Shown: positions 1-10,136 of the stretch, one piece after another | How the letters are laid out: every line of letters starts with the position of its first letter | Position numbering within the stretch: position 1 is the first letter of the stretch | Assembly (NCBI GenBank): GCA_039803205.1 | Contig: JBDRYB010000009.1 | Location: forward strand, 1-63,867 | Reading direction: 5' to 3' | Length of the DNA stretch: 63,867 nt | From: a candidate division WOR-3 bacterium | GTDB lineage: Bacteria; Hydrothermota; Hydrothermia; JBDRYB01 | Notes under the pieces: model-generated | What the model saw: only the letters and a program-made list of their open reading frames with translations | Told to the model about the DNA's origin: nothing | Database searches by the model: none | Made by a program: the position numbers and the translations under genes

Positions 1-2
1 TC

Positions 3-125
3 GCGAGGGAGGTCAAGGAGGGAGAGGAGATAAGGATCCCAGTCAGAAAGCTCGGGCCAGGGGTATACTACCTCTGGATAAGGATAGCCGGATACGAAAA
101 GCGTTTCAGGGTGGTGATCTTGTAG
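3..125 (+). CDS. 3' end of a secreted protein with T9SS/FlgD-like C-terminal domain (partial, runs off window start)
   Basis: Manual translation AREVKEGEEIRIPVRKLGPGVYYLWIRIAGYEKRFRVVIL*; LxxGVY...K/R-hydrophobic tail typical of such CTDs. Confidence 0.75.
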   Translation, partial: AREVKEGEEIRIPVRKLGPGVYYLWIRIAGYEKRFRVVIL

Positions 126-238
126 GGGCGTGGCACCTGTGCCCGCCCAGTCGCAGGTTAAAACCTGGTCTGGGAATGATCGGGGTTGAACGCGCGGGAA
201 ATCCCCCTTTACAATTTTCAGGCCAAGGAGCTCTTCAA

Positions 239-1741
239 GTGAATCTGTCATTTACACTTTTTCTGGTCTCCCAGGGCCTTTTCGCAAAAGCATACGGCGG
301 GACAGGTCTGGAGTATGCCCGGAAGGTCATCAAGACCTCTGATGGTGGCTTCATGATAGCCGGGGTAACCCAAGGATTTGGTGCTGGGTCAGACGACTGG
401 ATGGTCATAAAAACAGACCATATGGGAAACTTCTCGTGGGCAAGAACCATAGGCGGCACAGGAAGCGACGAGTGCTTCTCAGTTGTTCAGACACCTGACG
501 AGGGTTATGTCATGGGCGGTGTGACATATAGCTACGGCTCTGGGGTTGCTGACGCCCTCCTAGTGAAGCTCAACTCCTCGGGGGGCCTGGTCTGGACGAG
601 GGTCGTCGGTTCAACTGGCGAGGACAGGATACACGCTTTGGTCAACACATCCGATGGCGGGATAGCCGCGGCTGGCCGAACAATAAACTATGGCGCTGGA
701 AGCGCTGATTTCCTATTGATGAAGTTTGACGCTTCTGGAAATCTTCTCTGGTCAAGAACCTTTGGTGGCAGTAGCACGGACGACGCTTACGCTATAACTG
801 AGACATCTGATGGCGGCCTCGTGGTCGCGGGCTTGACCTACAGCTTTGGTGGCGGGAACTGCGATGTGCTGGTTGTGAAGTGGAGCTCCACTGGCGCATT
901 CCAGTGGGCCAGAACCTTTGGTGGAGCGAGCACTGATGATGCTTTTGGGGTCATTGAAACCAGCGACGGCGGCCTAGCCCTCGCGTGTTATGCCATGAGC
1001 TTTGGCGCTGGGAACGGGGACATATATGTCCTCAAGCTGGCCTCGGACGGAACCCTTCAGTGGAACAGGGCAATAGGCGGGACAAGCGATGACTGGGGGT
1101 TTGGCATCGTAGAGACATCTGACTTGGGCCTGGTCATCTCCGGAAGGAGGGAGGGCACGAACAGGGATCTTCACATTATCAAGCTTAGCTCGTCCGGCGC
1201 ACTCCTTTGGGCGAGAACCTTTGGTGCGAGCGGAGACGACGATGTCCTGGCTATGGTTTCTGCATCCGATGGTGGATTCGTCTCAGGGGGCTACACATCC
1301 AGCTATGGCGCTGGAAACCGGGATTTTCTCCTCCTGAAGATAGCCCCTGATGGAAGCTACCCAGGCTGTATTACCACCTGGTCGCCATCGGTTGTCACCC
1401 CAACCCCAACCCAGACAACACCTAGCGGAGCCGGAACCTGCAATCCGCCAAACAGCAGTCCAAACCCTACGGTCACGACACCAGCCATAACTACGACGGA
1501 CGCGTGCCCGCCGGTTGGCTCGGATGAGTGGGCGGAGGAGGGTCTGGGGCTGACCGTGAGCCTTTTGCCTGGGGGCATTCTCTTTAACTCCCCGGAAACC
1601 ATGGCTATTAAGATATACAACCCAGACGGCCGCCTCGTTTATTCTGGTGAATTACGGGAGGGCGAGAACCGGGTCCCTCTTGAGGCCGGGGTTTATTTCT
1701 GGATAACCCGGAAACAAACAGGCAAGGTGGCCATTAGGTAG
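239..1741 (+). CDS. Secreted beta-propeller repeat protein with Pro/Thr linker and T9SS-like CTD
   Basis: About 7 repeats of ~51 aa (WARTFGG..DD....ETSDGG); PT-rich linker; IKIYNPDGRLV...LEAGVYF...GKVAIR; GTG start at 239 after AAGGAG. Confidence 0.8.
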   Translation: MNLSFTLFLVSQGLFAKAYGGTGLEYARKVIKTSDGGFMIAGVTQGFGAGSDDWMVIKTDHMGNFSWARTIGGTGSDECFSVVQTPDEGYVMGGVTYSYGSGVADALLVKLNSSGGLVWTRVVGSTGEDRIHALVNTSDGGIAAAGRTINYGAGSADFLLMKFDASGNLLWSRTFGGSSTDDAYAITETSDGGLVVAGLTYSFGGGNCDVLVVKWSSTGAFQWARTFGGASTDDAFGVIETSDGGLALACYAMSFGAGNGDIYVLKLASDGTLQWNRAIGGTSDDWGFGIVETSDLGLVISGRREGTNRDLHIIKLSSSGALLWARTFGASGDDDVLAMVSASDGGFVSGGYTSSYGAGNRDFLLLKIAPDGSYPGCITTWSPSVVTPTPTQTTPSGAGTCNPPNSSPNPTVTTPAITTTDACPPVGSDEWAEEGLGLTVSLLPGGILFNSPETMAIKIYNPDGRLVYSGELREGENRVPLEAGVYFWITRKQTGKVAIR

Positions 1742-1860
1742 TGGGTGGGGAAACGAGAACCGCCCAATCCCCTTTTTGCTAGATCTTTTGTGAGCGATCA
1801 ACCCTGTTTGAATCCGGCCGGGCCCGGGCCTTAAAATCTTAGCCCTACCCGGAGGACGAG

Positions 1861-4338
1861 ATGCCGAAGATAACGATTGATCGCCGGGTGGTGGAGTTTA
1901 ACGAAGGGGAAACCATCTTGGAGGTGGCGTGGCGGCAGGGAATAAAGATCCCGGTTTTCTGCTATCATCCGAAGCTCAACCCAGAGGCCTCCTGCCGGAT
2001 ATGCCTCGTTGAGGTCAAGCAAAACGGCAGGGGTTTTCTCGCTCCCGCTTGTGCAACAAAGGCCTCAGAGGGCATGGTCGTTGCTACAGATACCCCTGAG
2101 GTAAGGGAAAATGTGAGGGCCAGAACCCTAGAGCTTCTCCTCGCGAATCACCCTACGGAGTGCCCTGTGTGCGATGCTGGCGGCGAATGCGATCTCCAAT
2201 CATTCGCCTTTGAGATGGGAGAACCGAAAAGCATCTATGACTTCCCGAAGCGCGAACAGCCCTATTTCAAGGTTGGCCCATTTCTCAGGCTCTATCCGAA
2301 CAGATGCGTTCAGTGCACGAGGTGCGTCAGGCTATACCAAGAGGTCTTCGGGGAATACGATTGGGACAGGTGGGAGCGCGGCTGGGAGATAACCGTTGGC
2401 CCCGGAAGGGACAAACCGCTTGAATCGGAGTTCGCTGGCAACCTCGCGGATGTCTGTCCCGTGGGAGCGATAACATCCGGGGACTATGCTTTCGCTTCAA
2501 GGCCATGGGAGAACCAGGTGACCCTCTCGGTTAGCCCTGAGGACTCCTTGGCCGCGCCGGTGGCCCTGATAACGAGAAAGCAGGGCAGGGAATCGCGCGG
2601 GCCTTTCAAAACCGGCGGGAGAAGGGAAGACCTCCACAGGGTCCTCAGGATATGCGCATCCGAGGGGGAAGGCTATCCGGGTTGGATAAGCGATAGGGAT
2701 AGGTTCTCCCATGAATACCTGAACAAGAAACGGATTGATAGGGCTTTTGCCAGGAGGGGAGGGGAAATCGTGGAACTGTCCACAGACGAGGCAATAGGGC
2801 TCCTGTTTAGGGCTGTCAGGGACGCGTGGCGCAAAACCCCATACCGAATAGCCGTGCTCTCAGGGGCTCGGGCCTCCAACGAGGCCGCTTATCTCGCGGT
2901 GAGGTTTTTCAGAGAGGTTTTTGAGGTAAAATCCATGGACTTCCGAGCACCCTGGCACTCTTTTAGCCCCGATCCAATTGAGGAGGTCCTCGGATACTCA
3001 GCGGGTAGCCGATCCCTTGAATCCCTGAGGGATTCTGATCTCATTTTGGTTTTCGGAGAGGAGATAGGCGAAAGGCATCCCTTGCTCTGGCTTTATCTCC
3101 TTGAGGCCAAAAGGGCCGGAGCGAGAATCGTCTCGGTGTCCCCGTGGTTGGACAAGTATTCCAGGAGGCTGGAGCACATCAGGTATCACCCTGCACAGGA
3201 GGAAAAGGTGGCTCATTCCATACTCTCGGGCCTCGCTAGAGCAAAGGGCCTCAAGGTCTCAGGGCTTTCGGCTGTTCCTCACCCCATAGGCGAGGACCTG
3301 GCAGGGGCAAAGGACCCTGTGATAATATTCCCGGATGATATATCCTGCGGCGCGCAAAGAGCCCTCGCTTACATGGTCGGGGTCCTGGATGCTGGGCTCG
3401 TTCTCCTGAGGACACAGCCAAACGGCCAGGGGTTCTACGATATGGGTTTCAGGCCCGTTGATGACAACAATACCCTGAAGATTCTGAGGCGCGCCGCGGA
3501 GGGCGAGATAGACCTCCTTATCCTCTGGGATGTTGATCCCCTTTTGGAGTGGCCTGAGAGGGAGCTCTGCGAGAGAGCCCTGAGGAACGCTGGCCTCGTT
3601 GTTTGGCTTGGGAGCTTTGCTAATGATCCATCCCTCGCTTACGCGGATCTCGCGATACCCGTTGTTCTGCCCTATGAATCCTGGGGTTCAAGGACCGCTA
3701 CGGACGGGAGGGTTCTCTGGCACGAGAGCGCGGTCCCTTGGCCGGGTGAGGCCGTTCCTGCTGGCGTGGTATTTTCAAAGCTCCTTGAGAAGGCCGGAAG
3801 GGGTGGTTACAGGGATGTTTCGGATGTTACCCGTGCTATACAGTCCAAGATTCCGGCCTACAGGGATGTGAGCCTGCCGCCGCTCACAACGAGCAACCCT
3901 TATCCCGATGATATACCGAGCCTTGCCCGGTTCAGGCTGAGAAGGCGTTTCAGCCTAGCCGGATACGAGCACAAACCAAAGGAGATAGCGTTCTCCTCCC
4001 CAGAAGAGCACACCGGAGAGGGGCTTCTTCTCGTTGCCGCGCCATCGCTTTACAGGTCCTCATACTACACCTTCAGGTGTAGTATCCTTGAGGAATACAT
4101 GCCACTTGAGAGGGTTGAGCTCCACCCGGATGACGCGAGGGCCCTGGGCGTCTCAGAGGGCGATCTGATCAGGCTCTCATCTGACGGCCATAATCTGAGC
4201 CTCAGGGCGCACATCTCCGAAAGGACGCATCCAGGGGTTCTCAGGTTCTCTCCCCTGTTCTTTGATTCCCCGGTGAACCTCATTCTGGGCCAGGACATGA
4301 AGGCCTGGGTTAAAGCCGAAAAGGAGGTCAAGAGGTGA
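1861..4338 (+). CDS. nuoG: NADH-quinone oxidoreductase subunit G
   Basis: CYHPKL..ASCRICLV (N1b), HPTECPVC..GGECDLQ (N5), CVQCTRC...CPVGA (N4); molybdopterin-fold C-terminus; GGAGG RBS. Confidence 0.93.
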   Translation: MPKITIDRRVVEFNEGETILEVAWRQGIKIPVFCYHPKLNPEASCRICLVEVKQNGRGFLAPACATKASEGMVVATDTPEVRENVRARTLELLLANHPTECPVCDAGGECDLQSFAFEMGEPKSIYDFPKREQPYFKVGPFLRLYPNRCVQCTRCVRLYQEVFGEYDWDRWERGWEITVGPGRDKPLESEFAGNLADVCPVGAITSGDYAFASRPWENQVTLSVSPEDSLAAPVALITRKQGRESRGPFKTGGRREDLHRVLRICASEGEGYPGWISDRDRFSHEYLNKKRIDRAFARRGGEIVELSTDEAIGLLFRAVRDAWRKTPYRIAVLSGARASNEAAYLAVRFFREVFEVKSMDFRAPWHSFSPDPIEEVLGYSAGSRSLESLRDSDLILVFGEEIGERHPLLWLYLLEAKRAGARIVSVSPWLDKYSRRLEHIRYHPAQEEKVAHSILSGLARAKGLKVSGLSAVPHPIGEDLAGAKDPVIIFPDDISCGAQRALAYMVGVLDAGLVLLRTQPNGQGFYDMGFRPVDDNNTLKILRRAAEGEIDLLILWDVDPLLEWPERELCERALRNAGLVVWLGSFANDPSLAYADLAIPVVLPYESWGSRTATDGRVLWHESAVPWPGEAVPAGVVFSKLLEKAGRGGYRDVSDVTRAIQSKIPAYRDVSLPPLTTSNPYPDDIPSLARFRLRRRFSLAGYEHKPKEIAFSSPEEHTGEGLLLVAAPSLYRSSYYTFRCSILEEYMPLERVELHPDDARALGVSEGDLIRLSSDGHNLSLRAHISERTHPGVLRFSPLFFDSPVNLILGQDMKAWVKAEKEVKR

Positions 4339-5306
4339 ATATCTCGCCAGAGCTCTGGAACTGGATATGGCTTTTAGTCAAGGTCCTCGTTATCCTGATC
4401 GTGGTCATGGTTGGCCTCGTGATGAACATGGTCTGGGCAGAGAGAAAGGTTTCCGCTTTCATACAGCAGAGGCGGGGCCCGAACCGTGTCGGGCCCATGG
4501 GACTCATTCAAGTTGTGGCTGACATACTTAAAATGGCCTTCAAGGAAGAGATAATTCCTCGCGAGGCTGACAGGCTCATCCACTTTCTAGCGCCATCGCT
4601 CATATTCACGATGGCGATAACAGCCCTGGCCGTCATCCCATACGATCCCTGGTTCTACATAACGGATGTGGATTTCGCCCTTCTTTTCGTTGTGGCCGCG
4701 GCTGGAATGGGTTCATACGCGGTTATGCTGGCTGGATGGGGATCCGGCTCAAAGTATCCCCTTTTCGGCGGAACCCGCTCAGCGGCCCAGATAATCTCAT
4801 ACGAGATACCCATGCTTTTGGCCATGATGTCGGTCTCGGTCATGGCTGGCTCCCTTTCCCTTCAGGAGATAGTGAAGGCGCAATCGGGTCTCTGGTTCTG
4901 CATAACCCAGTTCCCGGCGTTTCTCGTGTATACGATAGCCATGTTCGCTGAGACGAACCGGCTTCCCTTTGACATGCCAGAGGCAGAGGCAGAGATAGTG
5001 GCCGGATACATGACTGAGTTCTCATCCCTGAGGTGGGGCTGGTTCTACGCTGGGGAATACGCTAACATGGTCGTGGCTTCCTTCGTGATGACGAGCCTGT
5101 TTCTCGGGGGATGGCAAGGGCCTTTTATGCCAGGCTGGTGGTGGTTCCTGCTCAAGGCGATAGCAGTTCTGTTTCTCTTCCTCTGGGTCAGATGGACATT
5201 CCCCCGGGTGAGATACGATCAGCTAATGGCTCTCGGTTGGAAAATACTGATACCCGTGGCGCTCCTGAACCTCATGGCCACGGCAATACTTAAGGTGCTT
5301 TTATGA
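4335..5306 (+). CDS. nuoH: NADH-quinone oxidoreductase subunit H
   Basis: ERKVSAFIQQRRGPNRVGP; ETNRLPFDMPEAEAE; PRVRYDQLM. Confidence 0.97.
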   Translation: MNISPELWNWIWLLVKVLVILIVVMVGLVMNMVWAERKVSAFIQQRRGPNRVGPMGLIQVVADILKMAFKEEIIPREADRLIHFLAPSLIFTMAITALAVIPYDPWFYITDVDFALLFVVAAAGMGSYAVMLAGWGSGSKYPLFGGTRSAAQIISYEIPMLLAMMSVSVMAGSLSLQEIVKAQSGLWFCITQFPAFLVYTIAMFAETNRLPFDMPEAEAEIVAGYMTEFSSLRWGWFYAGEYANMVVASFVMTSLFLGGWQGPFMPGWWWFLLKAIAVLFLFLWVRWTFPRVRYDQLMALGWKILIPVALLNLMATAILKVLL

Positions 5307-5944
5307 TAGTGATACCCTTGATAAAAGGCATGCTCCACACCCTGAGGAGGTTTCTATTCGGTCCAACATTCACGGTTCAGTATCCGAATAGGAAGCGCTG
5401 GTTCATATTCAAGAAGGAGGAACGGAAGGAGATACCCCCAAGGGCCAGGTGGAGGATAGCGCTTCAGAGGCATGAGGACGGCAGGGAGCGTTGTGTGGCC
5501 TGCATGCTCTGTTCAGCCGCTTGCCCATCTGAGGCGATATACATAGAGGGCGCGGTCAACGATCTGAGTAAACCCATATCCCACGGCGAGCGCTTCGCCA
5601 GGGTCTGGAACTGGGACATGGGCAGGTGCATATTTTGCGGTTTCTGCGCCGAGGCCTGCCCTGAGGAAGCAATAGTGATGACCGATGACTACGAGCTCGC
5701 GAGGTACACGAGGGATGATCTCATTGTCTACAAGGCTGAGCTCTTGCTTCCCCACGGAACCCCTCCCAGAAGGGTCTGGCTGGGATTTTACAGGGAGCTC
5801 CCTGAGGAGAAGCCGGTGACCAAGCCCCTCGGTGTCCATGTGAGGCACGAGCGGTATCTGAACCGGGAGAACAAGGGCATCTACAAGCCATTTTACGACA
5901 GGGCAAAGCGCGCCCACCAGTTTCTCCTTGAGGAGGAAAAATGA
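5303..5944 (+). CDS. nuoI: NADH-quinone oxidoreductase subunit I
   Basis: Two CxxCxxCxxxCP motifs (CVACMLCSAACP, CIFCGFCAEACP); TVQYP. Confidence 0.96.
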   Translation: MIVIPLIKGMLHTLRRFLFGPTFTVQYPNRKRWFIFKKEERKEIPPRARWRIALQRHEDGRERCVACMLCSAACPSEAIYIEGAVNDLSKPISHGERFARVWNWDMGRCIFCGFCAEACPEEAIVMTDDYELARYTRDDLIVYKAELLLPHGTPPRRVWLGFYRELPEEKPVTKPLGVHVRHERYLNRENKGIYKPFYDRAKRAHQFLLEEEK

Positions 5945-6435
5945 TCCTGAAAATAATACTCTTCTGGCTCTTCGCGATAGCCGCGCTGGCCGGAGCCGTC
6001 TCGGTCGTTATAGCGAAACATCCCATGAGGGCCGCGCTCGGGCTTCTCCTCAACTTTTTCTCGCTCGGTATAATCTACATCCTGCTGAAAGCCCCATTCC
6101 TCGGTATAGCCCAGATCATCGTCTATGCCGGCGGCATAGTTGTATTCATCCTCATGGCCATAAGCCTCCTCGGGCTCCGGCAGATACCAGGGGATCGCGA
6201 CCTTTCCGCGAGGGGATTCTTCTCTATACTGATAACCCTTGCCGCTCTTTTCGGAGCACTTGGGGTCCTCCTTTTCATCAGGCTACCCGCAAACCCGTCT
6301 CAGGATGTGGGGGCAAAGGAGCTGGGCCAGGAGCTCCTCGGCCCCATGCTCATTCCTTTTGAGATAGCCTCATTCGTCCTTTTGGTGGGCATGGTCGCGG
6401 CTGTTGCGCTTACACGCACGAGGAGGGAAAAATGA
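5941..6435 (+). CDS. nuoJ: NADH-quinone oxidoreductase subunit J
   Basis: QIIVYAGGIVV and PFEIAS motifs; operon position. Confidence 0.95.
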   Translation: MILKIILFWLFAIAALAGAVSVVIAKHPMRAALGLLLNFFSLGIIYILLKAPFLGIAQIIVYAGGIVVFILMAISLLGLRQIPGDRDLSARGFFSILITLAALFGALGVLLFIRLPANPSQDVGAKELGQELLGPMLIPFEIASFVLLVGMVAAVALTRTRREK

Positions 6436-6740
6436 GCCCTCAGATAACCATTGGATTGGCGCTCGTCCTCTTTTTCATCGGGGCATTTGGCGTTCTGTTC
6501 AGAAAGAGTGCCATATTCACCCTGATGTGCCTTGAGATAATGCTGAACTCAGCGAACCTCGCGCTTATTGGCGCTTTTACGGCTTGGGGAAGCCCAATAG
6601 CGCAAGCCGCTGTAGCGCTCGTCATGGCTGTTGCCGCGGCAGAGGTCGCTTTGGGCCTTGCTCTCGTAGTTATAATGGCGAGACACGGGGATGTGACCCT
6701 TGATGCCTTCACCAGCCTTTCCGGCCACGAGGAGGAATAG
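6432..6740 (+). CDS. nuoK: NADH-quinone oxidoreductase subunit K
   Basis: LEIMLNSANL; AAAEVALGLAL. Confidence 0.96.
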   Translation: MSPQITIGLALVLFFIGAFGVLFRKSAIFTLMCLEIMLNSANLALIGAFTAWGSPIAQAAVALVMAVAAAEVALGLALVVIMARHGDVTLDAFTSLSGHEEE

Positions 6741-6742
6741 AA

Positions 6743-8614
6743 ATGGAGATAATCCTTTTGATAACGCTTTTGACTCCCCTGTTGGGCGCTGTAATAAACG
6801 GGTTCCTCGGCACCTGGTTCAGATCAAAGGCCCACTGGGTTGCAGTGCCGGCCCTGGGGATACCGTTCATCCTCTCGTGCTACCTGCTCTGGCAGATGAT
6901 GGGCCTGGGTATGGGGCCCCAGGAGTTCACGCTCTTCACCTGGATACCAACCGGGGGCCTGAACATACCTTTCGGGCTTTACCTTGACCAGCTCTCAGCT
7001 GTTATGGCGTTCACGGTGACATCCGTCTCCTTCTTCGTTCACTTCTATTCAATAGGCTACATGAAAGGGGACCCGGGATACAGGAGGTTTTTCAGCTACC
7101 TGAACCTCTTCGTCTTCTTCATGCTCCTTCTTGTCCTCTCTTCCTCTTATCTCCTGATGTTCGTTGGGTGGGAAGGGGTAGGGCTTTGCTCATACCTGCT
7201 TATTGGCTTCTGGTATGAGAAGAAGGCCGCCTCAGATGCCGGTAAGAAGGCTTTTATCGTTAACAGGATAGGGGATGCTGGCTTCATCCTCGGGATGTTC
7301 CTCCTCTTCTCTGCTTTCGGGACCCTTAGATTCACCGAGCTTTTCCCCATGATACACGGGAACCATGTGCCAGAGTGGATGCTCATGGCAGCCGCGCTTC
7401 TCCTTTTTCTCGGCGCTGTGGGGAAGTCCGCTCAGTTTCCCCTATATGTGTGGCTCCCTGATGCTATGGAAGGTCCAACCCCTGTTTCCGCGCTCATACA
7501 CGCCGCGACCATGGTAACCGCGGGCGTATATATGGTGGCGAGGTCATCCGCTCTATACTCAGCGGTTCCGTTTGCCGGATACATAGTCGCGGGGATAGGG
7601 GCCTTCACCGCGGCTCTAGCGGCCTCAATGGCCATGGCGAACAACGACATAAAGCGCATCCTCGCTTACTCAACCATATCTCAGCTCGGCTACATGTTCA
7701 TAGCGGTTGGCCTCGGGGCCTATGCCGCGGGCATATTCCACCTTTACACCCACGCTTTCTTCAAGGGGCTTCTGTTTCTCGCGGCTGGCTCTGTAATGCA
7801 CGCGGCAGGAGGGGAGCTTGACATACAAAGGATGGGCGGCCTGGCGAGAAAGGCCCCCCAGACAGCGGCCCTCTTCATCATAGGATCCCTGGCCCTCTCT
7901 GGGATTCCTCCCCTGGCAGGTTTCTTCTCAAAGGATGAGATACTTCATGCGGCCGCGGCCTCGGGCTACACATGGATATGGGTTCTCGGAACCATAACCG
8001 CTTTCATGACCGCTTTCTACATGTTCAGGGCTGTTTTCCTCGTTTTCACTGGAAAACCGAGGGACGAACACATCTATGAACACGCGCACGAATCGGGATG
8101 GACCATGACCGTTCCCATGTGGTTTTTGGCGGCAGGAGCGGTTGCCGCTGGTTGGGCCGGGCCCTTATACCACGCTTTCATTGCTCCGGTCTTTTCTCAG
8201 GCGCACGAGGCCCACGGAGCCGAGGTCAATTCCCTCACCCTGATAATAATCTCTGTTTCGGTTGCTGTTCTTGGGATCCTGGTCGCGGGCTTCATGTATT
8301 GGAGGCCCGGGTTCAGGAACCGGGCTCTCAGCCTCATCCTGAGGCCCTTCTACATCATCCTATACCGCAAATACTGGGTTGACGAGATATACGACTGGGT
8401 AATCGTAAAGCCGCTTTACTACGCCTCGCTTTACCCCCTCTACAAGGGCATAGACACATACATCATAGACAAAGGGCTCGTTGATGGGACAGGCTGGCTC
8501 GCGAGGGCTGGCGGAAGGCTGGCAAGGGCTTTCCAAGGAGGGAACGCCAGGACATACGCCCTGCTCATGTTGGCTGGCTTGGTTCTCATCTTCTACCTCG
8601 TTCTTCTGAAATAG
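6743..8614 (+). CDS. nuoL: NADH-quinone oxidoreductase subunit L
   Basis: GKSAQFPLYVWLPDAMEGPTPVSALIHAATMV; HAFFKGLLFL. Confidence 0.97.
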   Translation: MEIILLITLLTPLLGAVINGFLGTWFRSKAHWVAVPALGIPFILSCYLLWQMMGLGMGPQEFTLFTWIPTGGLNIPFGLYLDQLSAVMAFTVTSVSFFVHFYSIGYMKGDPGYRRFFSYLNLFVFFMLLLVLSSSYLLMFVGWEGVGLCSYLLIGFWYEKKAASDAGKKAFIVNRIGDAGFILGMFLLFSAFGTLRFTELFPMIHGNHVPEWMLMAAALLLFLGAVGKSAQFPLYVWLPDAMEGPTPVSALIHAATMVTAGVYMVARSSALYSAVPFAGYIVAGIGAFTAALAASMAMANNDIKRILAYSTISQLGYMFIAVGLGAYAAGIFHLYTHAFFKGLLFLAAGSVMHAAGGELDIQRMGGLARKAPQTAALFIIGSLALSGIPPLAGFFSKDEILHAAAASGYTWIWVLGTITAFMTAFYMFRAVFLVFTGKPRDEHIYEHAHESGWTMTVPMWFLAAGAVAAGWAGPLYHAFIAPVFSQAHEAHGAEVNSLTLIIISVSVAVLGILVAGFMYWRPGFRNRALSLILRPFYIILYRKYWVDEIYDWVIVKPLYYASLYPLYKGIDTYIIDKGLVDGTGWLARAGGRLARAFQGGNARTYALLMLAGLVLIFYLVLLK

Positions 8615-8624
8615 GAGGTTGAAA

Positions 8625-10136
8625 ATGGAGATGCTCACCACCATCATATTTCTCCCCCTGGTGCTCACTGTTCCGGTTTTCTTCATTCCTGAGAGGGCTG
8701 GAAGGGCGCTTTGGGCTTACGCTATAGCGGTCTCAGGGATTGAGCTCCTGGTTTCTCTGGGGCTTTTGTTCTGGTTTGACCTCTCGCGAGCGGCTGAGTT
8801 TCAGTTCTACGGCAGCTTCCCTTGGATACCCGGCATAGCCTCCTCTTTCCAGATAGGCATAGACGGGATGTCCCTTCTTCTAATCCTGCTCACAGCATTC
8901 CTCACATTCCTCGGATTCCTGTCGTCCACGAGATACATAGAGAAAAAGCGAAAGGAATACATCATCTCCATGCTGATAATGGAGTCAGCCATGATAGGGG
9001 TCTTCTCTTCCCTGGATGCCCTTCTCTTCTTCGTTTTCTGGGAAGCGATGCTCGTCCCCATGTATCTTCTCATAGGGATCTGGGGCCACGAGAACAGGGT
9101 TTATGCGGCTTTCAAGTTCATCCTCTACACGATGGCCGGTTCTGTTCTCTTGGTATCTGCTATAATCTGGCTCTACATCCAGTTCAAGACATTTGACCTC
9201 GTTGCCCTGACCCAAGCGACCCGCGGCCTCCCCCTCTCAGCCCAGGAGATCCTCTTCATGGCCATGACCATAGCTTTTGCTATAAAGGTCCCACTTTTCC
9301 CATTCCACACATGGCTTCCACACGCGCACGCTGAGGCGCCGACAGCCGGCTCGGTTCTCCTGGCTGGAATACTATTGAAAATGGGGGTCTACGGGCTTCT
9401 GAGGTTCTCATTCCCGATGTTCCCAGAGGCGGCAAGGGCGTTCTCCCCTTGGCTGGCTGTCCTCGCGCTAATTGGGATAACCTATGGCGCTCTTATGACA
9501 TGGGTGCAGAAGGACCTAAAGCGCCTCATCGCCTACTCTTCTGTGGCCCACCTCGGTTTCATCGTCCTCGGGGCCTCATCCCTTAACACCTGGGGGCTTC
9601 AGGGGGCCATGCTCCAAATGATAAACCACGGGCTCTCAACAGGGGGCCTGTTCTTCGTGGCTGGCATGCTCTACGAGAGAAGGCACACGAGGGATCTCTC
9701 GGCATTTGGCGGCCTCGCCAAGGCTGTTCCGAGGCTCTCGGTCCTCTTTGGGATAATAATGCTTTCCTCCGTTGGCCTGCCCGGCCTGAACGGGTTCGTC
9801 GGGGAGTTTCTCGCTCTCCTGGGCGCTTTCAAGGCAAATTTCATCTGGGCCGCTGTTGGCGTTCTCGGGATAATCCTGGCGGCAGTTTATCTCCTCACCA
9901 TGTTCCAGAAGGTCGTATTCTCGCGGCTTGATAAGGAGGAAAACGCTAACATGAAGGACCTCTCCCTGAGGGAAGTGCTGGTCCTTTCGCCCCTGGTGAT
10001 CTTCATCTTCTGGATAGGTATATATCCTAACAGCTTCCTGAGATATACCCAACCCGTCTCAGAGAGGATAGTCCAAATCACAAACCCCCAGCCCCTAGCA
10101 GAGGGTGGGGCCAAAGAGGAGGCCAGCCATGAGTGA
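8625..10136 (+). CDS. nuoM: NADH-quinone oxidoreductase subunit M
   Basis: IKVPLFPFHTWLPHAHAEAP; GLPGLNGFVGEF; ATG at 8625 after AGGAGG. Confidence 0.97.
   Translation: MEMLTTIIFLPLVLTVPVFFIPERAGRALWAYAIAVSGIELLVSLGLLFWFDLSRAAEFQFYGSFPWIPGIASSFQIGIDGMSLLLILLTAFLTFLGFLSSTRYIEKKRKEYIISMLIMESAMIGVFSSLDALLFFVFWEAMLVPMYLLIGIWGHENRVYAAFKFILYTMAGSVLLVSAIIWLYIQFKTFDLVALTQATRGLPLSAQEILFMAMTIAFAIKVPLFPFHTWLPHAHAEAPTAGSVLLAGILLKMGVYGLLRFSFPMFPEAARAFSPWLAVLALIGITYGALMTWVQKDLKRLIAYSSVAHLGFIVLGASSLNTWGLQGAMLQMINHGLSTGGLFFVAGMLYERRHTRDLSAFGGLAKAVPRLSVLFGIIMLSSVGLPGLNGFVGEFLALLGAFKANFIWAAVGVLGIILAAVYLLTMFQKVVFSRLDKEENANMKDLSLREVLVLSPLVIFIFWIGIYPNSFLRYTQPVSERIVQITNPQPLAEGGAKEEASHE

Noticed and set aside
181..208. 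CGGGGTTGAACGCGCGGGAAATCCCC resembles a type I-E CRISPR repeat
   Set aside because: Single copy, no spacers, no cas genes
1788..1805. Rex operator upstream of nuoG
   Set aside because: Only the TTGTGA half matches; spacing and right half do not fit TTGTGAA-N4-TTCACAA
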